DNA of 64,000 nt, taken from Octopus vulgaris. Lineage: Eukaryota. Of this stretch, positions 50,313 through 62,548 are shown one piece after another; position 1 is the first letter of the stretch, and each line of letters opens with the position of its first letter. The stretch is from NCBI GenBank assembly GCA_951406725.2, contig OX597817.1, forward strand, positions 52,328,001-52,392,000, read 5' to 3'. The notes under the pieces were generated by a model. That model was not told the origin of the DNA. It saw only the letters and a program-made list of their open reading frames with translations, and did no database searches. Both the position numbers and the translations under genes were made by a program.

Positions 50313-50520
50313 TCCCAGCATTACAACCTGCACAGAGTAGTATCGTTGATGTTCCAACAACGCTTCCAGATTTTGTCTCGCCATCACGGCCTAATGTCGG
50401 CCAGCTTGGCAGACCGATCCAGTTACGAGCAAACTTCTTCAAGATTTCATTTCCTAAATACAACATTCACCATTATGAGGTGAGCATATCACCAGACAAA
50501 TGTCCACGCCGGGTAAACAG
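50313..50520 (+). CDS. AGO2: Argonaute exon 4 (start of N domain: ...PSRPNVGQLGRPIQLRANFF...YEVSISPDKCPRRVNR)
   Basis: Acceptor tttcAG at 50312, donor AG|GTAAAT. Hallmark AGO motifs GRPIxLRANFF and PDKCPRRVNR. Confidence 0.95.
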
Positions 50521-50607
50521 GTAAATAAACCATTGCTATATTCCCTTCACTAAATAAAAAGTAAAATTTGCTGAAACTGCTTTTATCATCATCATCATCA
50601 TCATTGT

Positions 50608-51079
50608 TTAACCTTTTTGTTGCTGTATTTATTTTGAGATGCTCTGTGTTTCTTTCAATTACTTTCAATATAACAAAGAATTTAGTAAAATAACTTAGTT
50701 ATCATTAAGCTAGTGTTAGGAACATAAATTGTGACTAAGGTTTGGTGGAAAATTTTAATTCTAAACTTATGAAAACAAGACATTTGTATGATAGAGCCAG
50801 AGCTGGTTTTAGCCAGGTTGGTATCAAAAGAGTTAAGAATTGTTTCTCAATTATATATTTTAACCCTTTTCGTTACCATATTTCTGTTGAGATGCTCTGT
50901 GTTTCTTTCAATTAATTTTAAATATGACACAGAATTTAGTAAAATAACTTGGTTATCATTCAGCTAGTGTTAGGAACATAAATTGTGACTAAGGTTTGGT
51001 GGAAGATTTTAATTCAAAACTTGTGAAAACAAGACATTTGTACTCAAAGCAAGGGCCGGGTTGGTAACGAAAGGGTTAA
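50608..51079. mobile_element. piggyBac-like MITE tandem dimer
   Basis: Same unit and essentially the same spacer as at 32697-33160. Confidence 0.8.
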
Positions 51080-52668
51080 TGTCCATTTTCCATGCATGCA
51101 TGGGTAGGACAATTGACAGATGGCCCAGTAGAAAAACTACCCTAGGCCACTGTGTCTGTTTTGGCAGGGTTTTCACAGCTAGATGCCCTTCCTAATACCC
51201 AACCACTCTGCAGAGTTGATAAATAATCCTAAATTAGACTGGATGTTGGTTTTAGGAAATTTTGGCGTAGGAAAATTCACCATAAGAAATTTCATTTAAA
51301 ATGATTTCATCTTGATTTTTTTAATGTTTGATGTTGAATAAAGACTTAGCTATTTAATGCTTTTAAAAAATCTTTTATCATTCATTTTTTAAAATTTATT
51401 TAAAAAAATGTTTGGCCACTACACTCTCAGAGTGGTTGGCGTTAGAAAGGGCATCCAGCTGTAGAAGCTAGATCAAGATTGGAGCCTGGTGCAGCCATCT
51501 GGTTTGCCAGCCCTCAGGCAAAATCGTCCAACCTATGTTAGTATGGAAAGCGGACGTTAAACGATGATGATGATTTTTTAAAATGCCGATGTATTATGCT
51601 TTATCATTGTCCATCTGGCAAATTTTCTGGACACGCTGGATGTCTTATTGGCTACATAAGTAGAAACACCAAGTCTGTAGAGACTTTATTATTAGATTCA
51701 TGTAGCTTTGTTTATCACTGATTCATTAGTCACTGATCTGGGCTAACATGGTGCACTCAATTGTGAACCATGTTACACCTATCACAAATACATTTGTGAT
51801 AACACAGACCAGTGGTCAGTTGGAGATTATGCTGATCCAATCCATGCCAGCTTGGAATATGCTGTTAAATTGATGATAGGTATTGCAAGTGAGAGGTGTA
51901 AGTCTTTGACCAACTACAATCACTAAAAATAGCAGGTCAGGTGCTTGGACAGTGAGGTTTTTAGTATGACCTTTTTCTTGGTCAAGCAGAGCCTGCACCT
52001 CATACTGCTATTCAAATAAGGTTTACACTTTTTCAGTAGCCTCTCCTGATGTAATGCATAGTGTTTGCCAATGTTCATATATATATATATATATATATAA
52101 TAATAATAATTTGAGGGAATATTATTCCTAACTTACAGGGAAAAATTCAATTTAGAAATACTAAATCAAATTTCACACAATATAATATATATATAAATTA
52201 GAAAAAAACACCTTTTATCAATTCAAAATGAATAATTAAATTACATCATCTAGACAAGTGTCATTATTCTACCAAATATATACGTTTTATTTATTATTTT
52301 GCACATTACTTAATCATCTGTATATTATTTTTATCTTATATTTAATATTTCTATTATATGTAATTTTCTAGATGCTGTAATTTAATTTTTCATTTTGAAT
52401 TGATAAAAGGTGGGTTTTTTTTCTAACTTAAATATATATAATTAGTTATAAAGTTTCACCTCTCTTTGATATTTAACAAAGAATTGAAGTTGTTGAATCT
52501 GGTCCTGAAAGAAGTTTCTCTTTCTCCCGCATATTTTTACAAGTCTGTTCCTCTTTAAGGATCCTTTGACATCGCCTCTATTTCATGAGACTAATAGTAA
52601 GTTTGCCATCTCCATATGATTGATCGTAGTAAACTTAACATTTTTCTCCTTTTGTTTTTGTGTTTTAG

Positions 52669-52789
52669 AGAGATTGTAGAAACCATGGTACAGGCTTACA
52701 GTGCTAAGATATTCCATGGAGAAAAACCAGTTTTTGATGGTAGAAAAAATTTATACAGTCGAATGCTTCTTCCTTTTGATAGAGAACGG
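52669..52789 (+). CDS. AGO2: Argonaute exon 5 (REIVETMVQAYSAKIFHGEKPVFDGRKNLYSRMLLPFDRER)
   Basis: ttttAG ... CGG|GTAAGT; 121 nt, phase 2-0; KPVFDGRKNLY motif. Confidence 0.97.
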
Positions 52790-53706
52790 GTAAGTCCTGC
52801 AACAGATATAGTTTTCTTACTAATATCATCATCTTCCTTTAACGCCTGTTTTCCAAGCTGGTATGGGTTGGATGGTAAGCCAGAGCTGGAAATTGTACCA
52901 AGCTCTAGTGTGATTTGACTTGGTTTTTATGGCTGAATGCCCTCCCAAATGCCAGCTACTTTCGAAGTGACACCACATGAGTGCTTTTACGTGGCAGTGG
53001 CACATGACTCTTGTCGGTCAATCCTCTTCAGCAGATGGAGTGGCCTTAACATTTGTGAAGCACGGGTCTCCTTGAGTACAGTAAAGCATCAGATATCTCG
53101 GTCCTTTGTCATCTCACCTGAAAGGTTCAGCATCCTGTGGTTGTCCTTCAGCACTTTGTCCCATGTTTTTCTGGGTCTCCCTCTTCTATGTGTTCATCCA
53201 CTTTGAGAGATTGGCACTTCTTTATGGAGTTGTTGGCCTCCATATGCATCTCATGACCAAAACCAGTGCAGTCTTCTCTCTTGCTCACTGCGTCTAATTC
53301 CTTTTATGCCTAACTTCTCTCTCAGTGCACTAACACTCTATTAAACATGTACACTTTCATTACACATCATGTTTATAATTATACCATATATAACGTATAT
53401 ATTATACCATACCTTGATATTGTGTGGACTAAGATCCCTGTTGATAGGCCACTGGTATTTATAGTGTGTTAAACACTTTCAGTATGTAAATTAGGAACTC
53501 CTTCATAGAGTAACTGCTGCATATGTTGAGTATATAAACAGAATGATGTGAATGCCTCTAGTATGTATGGGTATTAAACCAGTCAGTTTTATTAATAGTT
53601 CTTTATCTTAATTCCACAGCAATGACTTCTTGTTTGTTTGTCAAATTTTTTTTTTTTTCCAAATTTAAAATCTCTGAAATGTAATCATTAAAAGACATTG
53701 CCCACA

Positions 53707-53928
53707 GGCATATGGCATAGTGGTTAAGAGCGCGGGCTGCTAACCCCAAAATTCCGAGTTCAATTCCAGGCAGTGACCTGAATAATAATATCAAAAAATA
53801 CCTTAGGAATGAGAACTCAGGTTTGAAATTTCCCAGGACACCTGATGAAGGCTGGAGGGTATATCAGCCGAAACTTTGTGTTAACAGCAAACAAGACAAG
53901 GACAAATATCTGTCAAATGTAAATAATG
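53707..53928 (+). mobile_element. tRNA-headed SINE-like element with a hammerhead-bearing Penelope-like tail
   Basis: A box TGGCATAGTGG and B box GAGTTCAATTCC, an (AAT)n linker, then the same tail seen at 26636-26810 and 42248-42534. Confidence 0.65.
53837..53882 (+). ncRNA. Minimal type I hammerhead ribozyme motif (Penelope-like element type)
   Basis: GACAC (stem I) - CTGATGA - A - GGCTG gagggtatat CAGCC (stem II) - GAAA - CTTT - GTGTT (stem I'). The sister copy at 42327-42365 (- strand) has the palindromic GAAACGTT. Confidence 0.75.
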
Positions 53929-53971
53929 ATTTCTGTTTTGATTTAACTTTTTCTTTGTTTTCTTGAATTAG

Positions 53972-54153
53972 GTTGAGCTTGAGGTGACTTTGCCAGGAGA
54001 AGGAAAGGATCGGATATTTAAAGTAGGGATTAAATGGGTAGCGCAAGTTAACCTATTTGCACTTGAAGAGGCCCTCTCAGGACGAACCCAGAAAATTCCA
54101 TATGATGCTACGCAAGCTTTGGATGTAGTGATGCGACACCAACCAAGTATGAT
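53972..54153 (+). CDS. AGO2: Argonaute exon 6 (VELEVTLPGEGKDRIFKVGIKWVAQVNLFALEEALSGRTQKIPYDATQALDVVMRHQPSM)
   Basis: aattAG ... AT|GTGAGT; 182 nt, phase 0-2; LEVTLPGEGKDRIFKV and QALDVVMRH motifs. Not in the ORF track. Confidence 0.97.
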
Positions 54154-54705
54154 GTGAGTGGAACTTATTTTTTGACTGTGGTCCATGTAACCCTTCTGGG
54201 TCCATATAAGATTTTGTTGTTAAAGTTTGTGCAATAAATTGGTTATAATTCTGTAATACTCAAAATATTTTAACGATTTTGTTATACAATTCCTTTTAAT
54301 ATTTGATTATAAAAATATAATAGGATTTTTTAAACATTGAATGACTATGAGGGTCCACCTGAGTAAAAGGGGAATCAGAGGGGTCCATAGGCAAAAATTG
54401 ATTGAAAATCACTGCTTTAACCCTTTTGATATCAACCTGACCGAAACCGCCTCTGGCTCTGTAGTACAAATGTCTTATTTTGCTTAACACAAGATACAAT
54501 AATCTCCATCCTTGTTGCAACCATTAATGAATTGTTTGCTCTATTGCTTGTTGTTAACTGATGCATCTCATGAATCATTGAACTGAATAATTACACAATA
54601 AATCAGCTCTCTTGATTGTCTCCTTGCTGCACTCGTTTGACCTCACTTGGGAAAAACATGAAGATAATGAGTTTGTTGCATTTTTTCTTCTTTTTTCTTT
54701 TCCAG

Positions 54706-54842
54706 ATATACTCCGGTGGGTCGTTCTTTTTTCAACCAACCCAGAACGAAGCACTATCCGCTTGGCGGTGGCAGAGAGGTTTGGTTTGGCTTTCATCAAA
54801 GTGTTCGCCCATCCAATTGGAAGATGATGCTGAATATAGATG
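54706..54842 (+). CDS. AGO2: Argonaute exon 7, L1 linker ([45 protein letters not shown])
   Basis: tttccAG ... G|GTACTT; 137 nt, phase 2-1; [19 protein letters not shown] motif. Confidence 0.97.
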
Positions 54843-55922
54843 GTACTTGCGTATTTATATATTTTGTCGTCATTGCTTTCTTTGTTTTTATTATGCTAGC
54901 GCAGGTGTCGCTGCATGGTTAAGAAGGTTGTTTTCCAACCACATGTTTTCGGGTTCAATCCTACTGCATTGCACCTGGGGCAAGTGGCTTCTATTATAGT
55001 CCTGAATCAAGCAATGCCTTGAGAGTGGATTTGGTCGGCAGAAACTGAAAATGCCCATTGGGTATATATGCGTGTATCTATCTTTTTATAGATGAAATTC
55101 ATTCTGTTTCTACAGCTTGATGCTCATCCTGTCACCAACCCACAATCATTTCAAAGCAAGATTATATTTTTCTTAGTCCTTCAAACATGGACAGCACAAT
55201 GAGGCATGTTTACAGGAAAAATTGCCAACAGATGACACTGTATTACTGTGAATATCAAGACAAAGACAGTAGCACCTATTTCTTTACTACCCACAAGGGG
55301 CTAAACATAGGACAGACAAATGGATTAAGTTGATTTCATCGACCCCAGTGCGTAACTGGTACTTAATTTATTGACCCCGAAAGGATGAAAGGCAAAGTTG
55401 ACTTCGGCGGAATTTGAACTCAGAACGAAGCGGCGGACGAAATACCGCAAAGCATTTTGCCCGGCATGCTAACGTTTCTGCCAGCTCACCGCCTTTAAAG
55501 ACAATAACACCTGCTCACACCATGCAGATACAAACACACTCACACACACACACACACTTACACGTGTGTATAACTGTGAGTGTGTGAATGCTGGTGTCTC
55601 CTTGTCTTCACATCATGTGACCACTGTAAAATGATTACCATGGTCAGCCAAGCAGTGTTATTTTTTTCCCAATATTCTGACTAAACATGTGTGGAGGGCA
55701 ATATTCCCTTGCTTGGAAAGAATTGAGGATTGATGACTGGAAGGACATCTAGCCATAGAAAAAATCTGCTTCAATAAAACTCTGTTCAACTGATGCAAGC
55801 TTGAAAAAGTGGATGTTAAAGTGTTGATGATAATGATTAAATTCCTGCTTCAATTCCATTGAGAAATTACAAAATTAAATTTCAAGATTATGTTGTTGAT
55901 TACTATTTAACTCTGTTTTTAG

Positions 55923-56057
55923 TGTCAGCTACAGCCTTTTACAAGGCTCAACCAGTTACCAGCTTCCTGTGTGATGTGCTGGAACTACGAAACTTATCAG
56001 AACAGAAACGACCCCTCATAGATGCTCAACGGGTCAAATTTACTAAAGAAATAAAAG
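55923..56057 (+). CDS. AGO2: Argonaute exon 8, L1/PAZ ([46 protein letters not shown])
   Basis: tttttAG ... AAG|GTTTGT; 135 nt, phase 1-1. Confidence 0.97.
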
Positions 56058-56606
56058 GTTTGTTCTTTTTCTTTCTTTTGCTTAGAATTTTTGCTTTAAA
56101 GAATTTTAATAGATTTTGGTGCAGGTGTAGCTGTGTAGCTAGTAACTTTGTGTCCCAATCACATAGTTTCTGGTTCAGTCCTGAAACCATGTGGTTGGGA
56201 AGCAGATTTCTTACCACACAGTCATGCCTGTGTCAATATTGCAGACAAATATTTTGTAATTTTATGAAGCTGTTATTTCATAGTATTTGTCCTTTGTTAT
56301 GTAGAAAAGACAAAAAAAGAAAAACACTTCATGAATGTCTTCCAGACTGTAGTTATTTTCAAAGTATAAGAAATGTCTTGCTTTGTAAAATGTTTAATTT
56401 AGTTTATCTGATGCCATGCTGACAATTTCTAAAAAGAATGAAATGACTCTATATATGCCAAGTTTTAAGATCTTTGTAATGTATAAGCAAAAATAGAGGA
56501 AATAAATATGTATATTCTATACATCGTCTTTGTTCCTTGATTTGAAATTCAAACTGTGAAATCCACCCATTATTTTTTCGTTTTTTTGCCTTTTTTAATG
56601 ATTCAG

Positions 56607-56694
56607 GTTTAAAAGTTGAAATCACTCACTGCGGGCAAATGAGACGAAAGTACAGGGTTTGCAATGTGACCAGGCGACCTGCTCAAACACAGTC
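56607..56694 (+). CDS. AGO2: Argonaute exon 9, PAZ ([29 protein letters not shown])
   Basis: attcAG ... TC|GTATGT; 88 nt, phase 1-2. Confidence 0.97.
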
Positions 56695-57103
56695 GTATGT
56701 TGTTTTTACACATTTATTTCTGACTTGTTCTTGCTTTTACTTCTTCTCCCACCTTCGCTGTTTTTCTATGTTTATACTTCAGTGTGTATACAGCATTGTT
56801 AGATGCTTAAGGGGACGTCTTTACCCATCTCTCATCATCCATACACATCACTTGTCCCTACCAGCACAGACATGTTTCTTGCATGCTCCAGCTGGTTTCT
56901 CTTATACTCTTTTACTCTTTTATTTGTTTCAGTCATTTGGCTGTGGCCATGCTGGAGCACCGCCTTTTTAGTCGAGCAAATCGACCCCAGGACTTATTCT
57001 TTGTAAGCCTAGTACTTATTCTATTGGTCTCTTTTGCCAAACCACTAAGTTACAGAGACGGAAACACACCATCATCGGTTGTCAAGTGATGTTGGGGGGA
57101 CAG

Positions 57104-57136
<33 letters not shown>

Positions 57137-58492
57137 CATATATACAACGAGCTTCTTTCAGTTTCCGTCTACCAAATCCACTCACAAGGCTTTGGTTGGC
57201 CCAAAGCTGTAGTAGAAGACACTTGACCGAGGTGCCACGCAGTGGGACTGAACCCGGAACCATGTGGTTCGTAAGGAAGCTACATACCACACAGCCACTC
57301 CTACGCCTACCTGGTTTTTCTATCAGTTCATCCATTTGTACACACTGACATTACACACCTAACAAATTGCGCTTGTGTCATTCTTTCCAATCTTCCACAT
57401 ATCTGTATTCACTGTCCACATTTTGTCTACTTCTTGGACAATTCTGCCAAATCATTCATTCATGGTGGCATAATGGCTGATGTGTTGGAAGTGAAAGGAG
57501 ATTTTATTTGGTGAAGAACTGGAAGTGAGAGAAGAAATGATGTTGGGTGATGAAGCAGATGGTTTCAGTGGCCTTTTCTTTGGTCAGGCAATGGCAAAGA
57601 ACAGACATGTACAATTATGGGGGTCCTTAGTCATTCTGTCTTGTGGACAGTGGGTAAGGCAGAGAGTGTCTTGGGGTTGCAAAAATTCCATCAGCTGTTG
57701 TGTTCCTTGTCAGAGTTATTTGCCAACTCAGGGACCTTTTCTGTCTTTTACACTTGTATCCGTGCTAGCAGGGTGCAAAGACACAACACGAGTGTGATCG
57801 TTGACAGAGCGGCTAACTGGCTTCCATGTGATCGTTACCAGCGTTGCCTTACTGGAACTTGTGCCCGTGCTAGTAGGGTGCCAAGAGCACTATCTGAGTG
57901 TGAGCGTTGCCAGAGTAGCCAACTGGCTTTCGTGCCGGTGGCACGTAAAAGGCACCATTCGAGCGTGATCGTTACCAACGTCGCCTTACTGGCACCTGTG
58001 CTGGTGGCATGTGTAAAAGGATTCGAGCGAAGTTATTGCCAGTACCGCCTGACTGGCTCCCGTGCCAGTGGCACATAAAAAGCACCCACTACACTCTCGG
58101 AGTGGTTGGCATTAGGAAGGGCATCCAGCTGTAGAAACTCTGCCAGATCAAGATTGGGGCCTGGTGCAGCCATCTGGTTCGCCGGCCCTCAGTCAAAATC
58201 GTCCAACCCATTCTAGCATGGAAAGCGAATGTTAAACGATGATGAACGATGAACACTTCAAGATATTTTGTTGCCTTTTTTTTTTAGTGTGTTTCTGTTG
58301 ACCTTCACCATGACAACAAAAAGAGGAGGGTCAAATTGCTCACTTCATCACCTGATGACTCTTTCTCCCTTACTTCCAGTGCATCACCTACAATGCTATG
58401 TTCACCTTAGGGTAAAAATAACAAAATTTATTGTTGTTTAAAGGAGTAATTCATGACACCATAACTTAAGCTGCTTATATTTTCTCTTGCAG

Positions 58493-58576
58493 ATTCCCCT
58501 TACAGTTGGAAAACGGTCAAACAGTAGAATGTACAGTTGCTAAATATTTTTATGAAAAATACCAAATGAAGTTATT
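58493..58576 (+). CDS. AGO2: Argonaute exon 10, PAZ ([27 protein letters not shown])
   Basis: cttgcAG ... TT|GTAAGT; 84 nt, phase 2-2. Confidence 0.96.
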
Positions 58577-60679
58577 GTAAGTATTAAAAACACAAAACGT
58601 TTTTATGTCACAGATAATGGTGGTGGTGTTGGAACACGTTTCTATGTTTTATGAAATGGCACTTTGTTGGTTACAACAACGAGGGTTCCAGTTGATCCGA
58701 TTGATGGAACAGCTTGCTTGTGAGATTAGTGTGCAAGTGGCTGAGCACTCCACAGACACGTGTACCCTTAATGTAGTTCTCAGGGAGATTCAGTGTGACA
58801 AGGCTGGCCCCTTTGAAATTACAGGTACTACCCATGCGGCGAGCTGGCAGAAACGTTAGCGGTATTTCATCTGCCGCTATGTTCTGAGTTCAAATTCCGC
58901 CGAGGTCGACTTTGCCTTTCATCCTTTCGGAGTTGATTAAATAACTACCAGTTAAGCACTGGGGTCGATATAATCGACTTAATCCGTATGTCTTTCCTTG
59001 TTTGTCCTCTCTGTGTTTGGCCCCTTGTGAGTAGTAAAGAAATAGGTATTTCGTCTGCCTTTATGTTCTGAGTTCAAATTCCGCCGAGGTCGACTTTGCC
59101 TTTCATCCTTTTGGAGTTGATTAAATAAGTACCAGTTACGAACTGGGGGTCGATATAATTGACTTAATCCGTTTGTCTGTCCTTGTTTGTCCTCTCTGTG
59201 TGTAGCGCCTTGTGGGTAGTAAAGAAATAAGCTACTACTAATTTTTGCCAGTTGAGTGGACTGGAGTAACATGAAATAAAGTGTCTTGCTCAAGGACACA
59301 ATGCGTTGCCGGAAATTGAATTCATGACCTTACGATCATGTGCCGAATATCCCAACCATTAAACCATGCGCCTTCATGTTTTATGAAATACTTGGGAGAG
59401 GGAAGGATTGAATTTGGGTGTGGTAGTGAAAGTGTGAAATTAGTGTGGATGTGTGTGGAGCTTGATCTTAAGATACAAGTAGTAAAAAGTAAACCTGGAA
59501 AATTAAGAAAACTTCTCAGTTTTAATTACTTTGATTTAGTATATAAAGATCACTGTAACAATATCAGTGTCATATATTATTATTTAGTACCTGATATCAT
59601 CATCTTCATTTAATGTTCATGTCAGTGGCATGTAAAAAGCACCAACTGATTGTGGCTGTTGCCAGCCTCCTCTGGCCCCTGTGCCGGTGGCACAAAATGC
59701 ACCCACTACATTCACTAAGTGGTTGGCGTTAGGAAGGGCATCCAGCTGTAGAAACACTGCCAGATCAGACTGGAGCCTGGTGCAGCCTCCTGGCTTCCCA
59801 GACCCCGGTTGAACTGTCCAACCCAAGCTAGCATGGAAAACGGACATTAAACGATGATGATTCCATACTGTGTGCCAAGTTCCGATGTCAGCTTTGGCAT
59901 GGGTCCTATGGTTGGATGCCCTTTCTAATCTCAACCACTTTACAGAGTATACTGTTCACTTTTTCATGTCACTGGTATTCGTGGGGTCACTAAATAGCCC
60001 ACAAGACAAGGCCCCTTAATTGAAGGTGTTGGGTAGTGTTGAGGATGGTGGTTTTTATACCAGGTGTTGAATGATCTTTTCCTGTCGTTCTTCTGGGGTC
60101 AGTGTAGTAGAATATCAGACTGTTTTCTTTTCCTAAAATTGAGCTGTATTAAATATCCTTATAATTATGATAATCTTTATAAATTAACCCCTGAAAGCCA
60201 TGTGACATCATAGCTGTGGCTGATGCTGGTGTCACGTAACTGGCACCTGTGCCAGTGCCATGTAAAAAGCTCATTTTGAACATTGGGCCTTATGGAAGCA
60301 AGATAGATGATGCTGGTGGCACATGAAAAGCACCTTTTGAGTGTTGGGCCTCACGGAGGAATGACTAATAAGCGAGACCTTTGGCATTATGCTGTGTTTG
60401 AGAAAACCCATCAAGCTAAGTAAAATCGCTGTCGTGGTAGATACAGGTGTCATGCAAATGGCACTCGTGCTGGTGGCACATAAAAGCTCAAATCTTTTAC
60501 ACATGCCACCAGCACAGGTGCCAGTAAGGTGATGCTGGTAACGATCATGCTCAAATGGTGTCTTTTACGTGCCACCGGTATGGGGGTCAGATAGCTGTTC
60601 TGCCAACGATCACACTCGGATGGTGCTCTTAACACCCTACTAGCATGGGGCTCGAGTGCCAGTAAGGTGACGCTGGTAA

Positions 60680-60961
<282 letters not shown>

Positions 60962-62548
60962 TAATTTTTTGTCTCTTCATACTTTTTTTGGTTTTTTGCC
61001 TTGGCAAAATGTTTTGTAATATTTGTTTTGGTTTTGCACATTCCGAGTTCAAATTCTGCTGAGGTTAACTTTGCCTTCCAACCTTTTAAGGTTGATAAAA
61101 TCAATACGAGTCAAATATTGGGTGGGTGGGGATAGTGGGGGGTGGGGTTGTCAATGTAATCAGCCCTTCCCCAAAATTTCTAACCATTGTTATTTTCTAA
61201 GGCAGCAAGGTAGCAGAATTGTTAATTATTTTCTAAGGCAGTGAGCTGGCAGTAACGTTAGCACATGGGGTGAAATGCTTAGCAGTATTTTATCTGCTGC
61301 TACGTTCTGAGTTCAAATTCCGCCGAGGTCGACTTTGCCTTTCATCCTTTTGGGGTCGATTAAATAAGTACCAGTTATGCACTGAGGTCGACTTAATCCT
61401 GTTGTCTGTCCTTGTTTGTCACCTCTATGTTTAGCCCCCTGTGAGCAATATAGAAATTTGAATTGTTAGCATGTAGGGCAAAATGTTCAGCAGCATTTTC
61501 TCTACTTTTACATTCCACTGAGGTCAACTTTGTCTTTCATCCTATCAGGGTTGATAAAAGACAGACAGATGCACATACGCATACTTCAAACTTCTTTCAG
61601 TTTCTGTCTACCAAATTCACTCAAGGCTTTGGTTGGCTTGAGGCTATAGTAGGCAACACTTGCCTATGGTGCCATGCAGTGGGACTGAACCCAGAACTAT
61701 GTGGTTGGTAAGCAAGCTTCTTGCCACACCTGCGCCAAATTCATTTGTGTTTACTATTATTGAGATTGTTTTTTACCTTTTGATTATTTATATAAAAATA
61801 TATAGAATCATCATCATCATCGTTTAACGTTCGTTTTCCATGCTAGCATGGGTTGGACGGTTCGACCGGGGTCTGGGAAGCCAAGAGGCTGAACTAAGCT
61901 CCAGTCTGATCTGGCAGTGTTTCTACAGCTGGATGCCCTTCCTAACACCAACCACTCCATGAGTGTAGTGGGTGCTTTTTACGTGCCACTGGCACAGGTG
62001 CCAGGGGAGGCTGACAGCAGCCACGATTGGTTGGTGCTTTCTATGTTCCACCAATCTTTATAATCATCGTTTTAATATCCACTTTTCCATAATTGTTTGG
62101 GTTGGACAGAATTTGTTGAGGTGGATTTTTCGGTGGAAGACTGAAAATAGACAGTATTGATTTCAAATTTTGGCACAAGGCCAGCAATTTCGGGGTAAGG
62201 GGTAAGTCGATTACATCGATCTCAGTACTGGTATTTATTTTATTGACCCTGAAAGGATGAAAGGCAAAGTTGACCCTCGGGGGTGAAATAGACAATATTA
62301 CTTGTATGATGATAATGCTCATTTACAACCGCCATATGATGTCTAGATGAAGGTGTGCACATGCACACACGTGCGCGACAAGCTCCTTTTAGGTTTCTGC
62401 CTGTCAAGTTCACTCATTAGGCTTTTGGTCAACCCAAGGCTGTAGTAGAAGATATTTCTCTAAGGTGCCTCACAGTGGTACTGAACCTAAGAGCACATGG
62501 TTGAGAAGCAGGCTTCTTAACCACACAGCCATGCCTATGACCACACGC

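Noticed and set aside
53707-53779. tRNA gene (also the heads at 42543, 43537 and 46857)
   Set aside because: A and B boxes are present but acceptor-stem pairing is poor and each continues into a repeat body; these are SINE heads.
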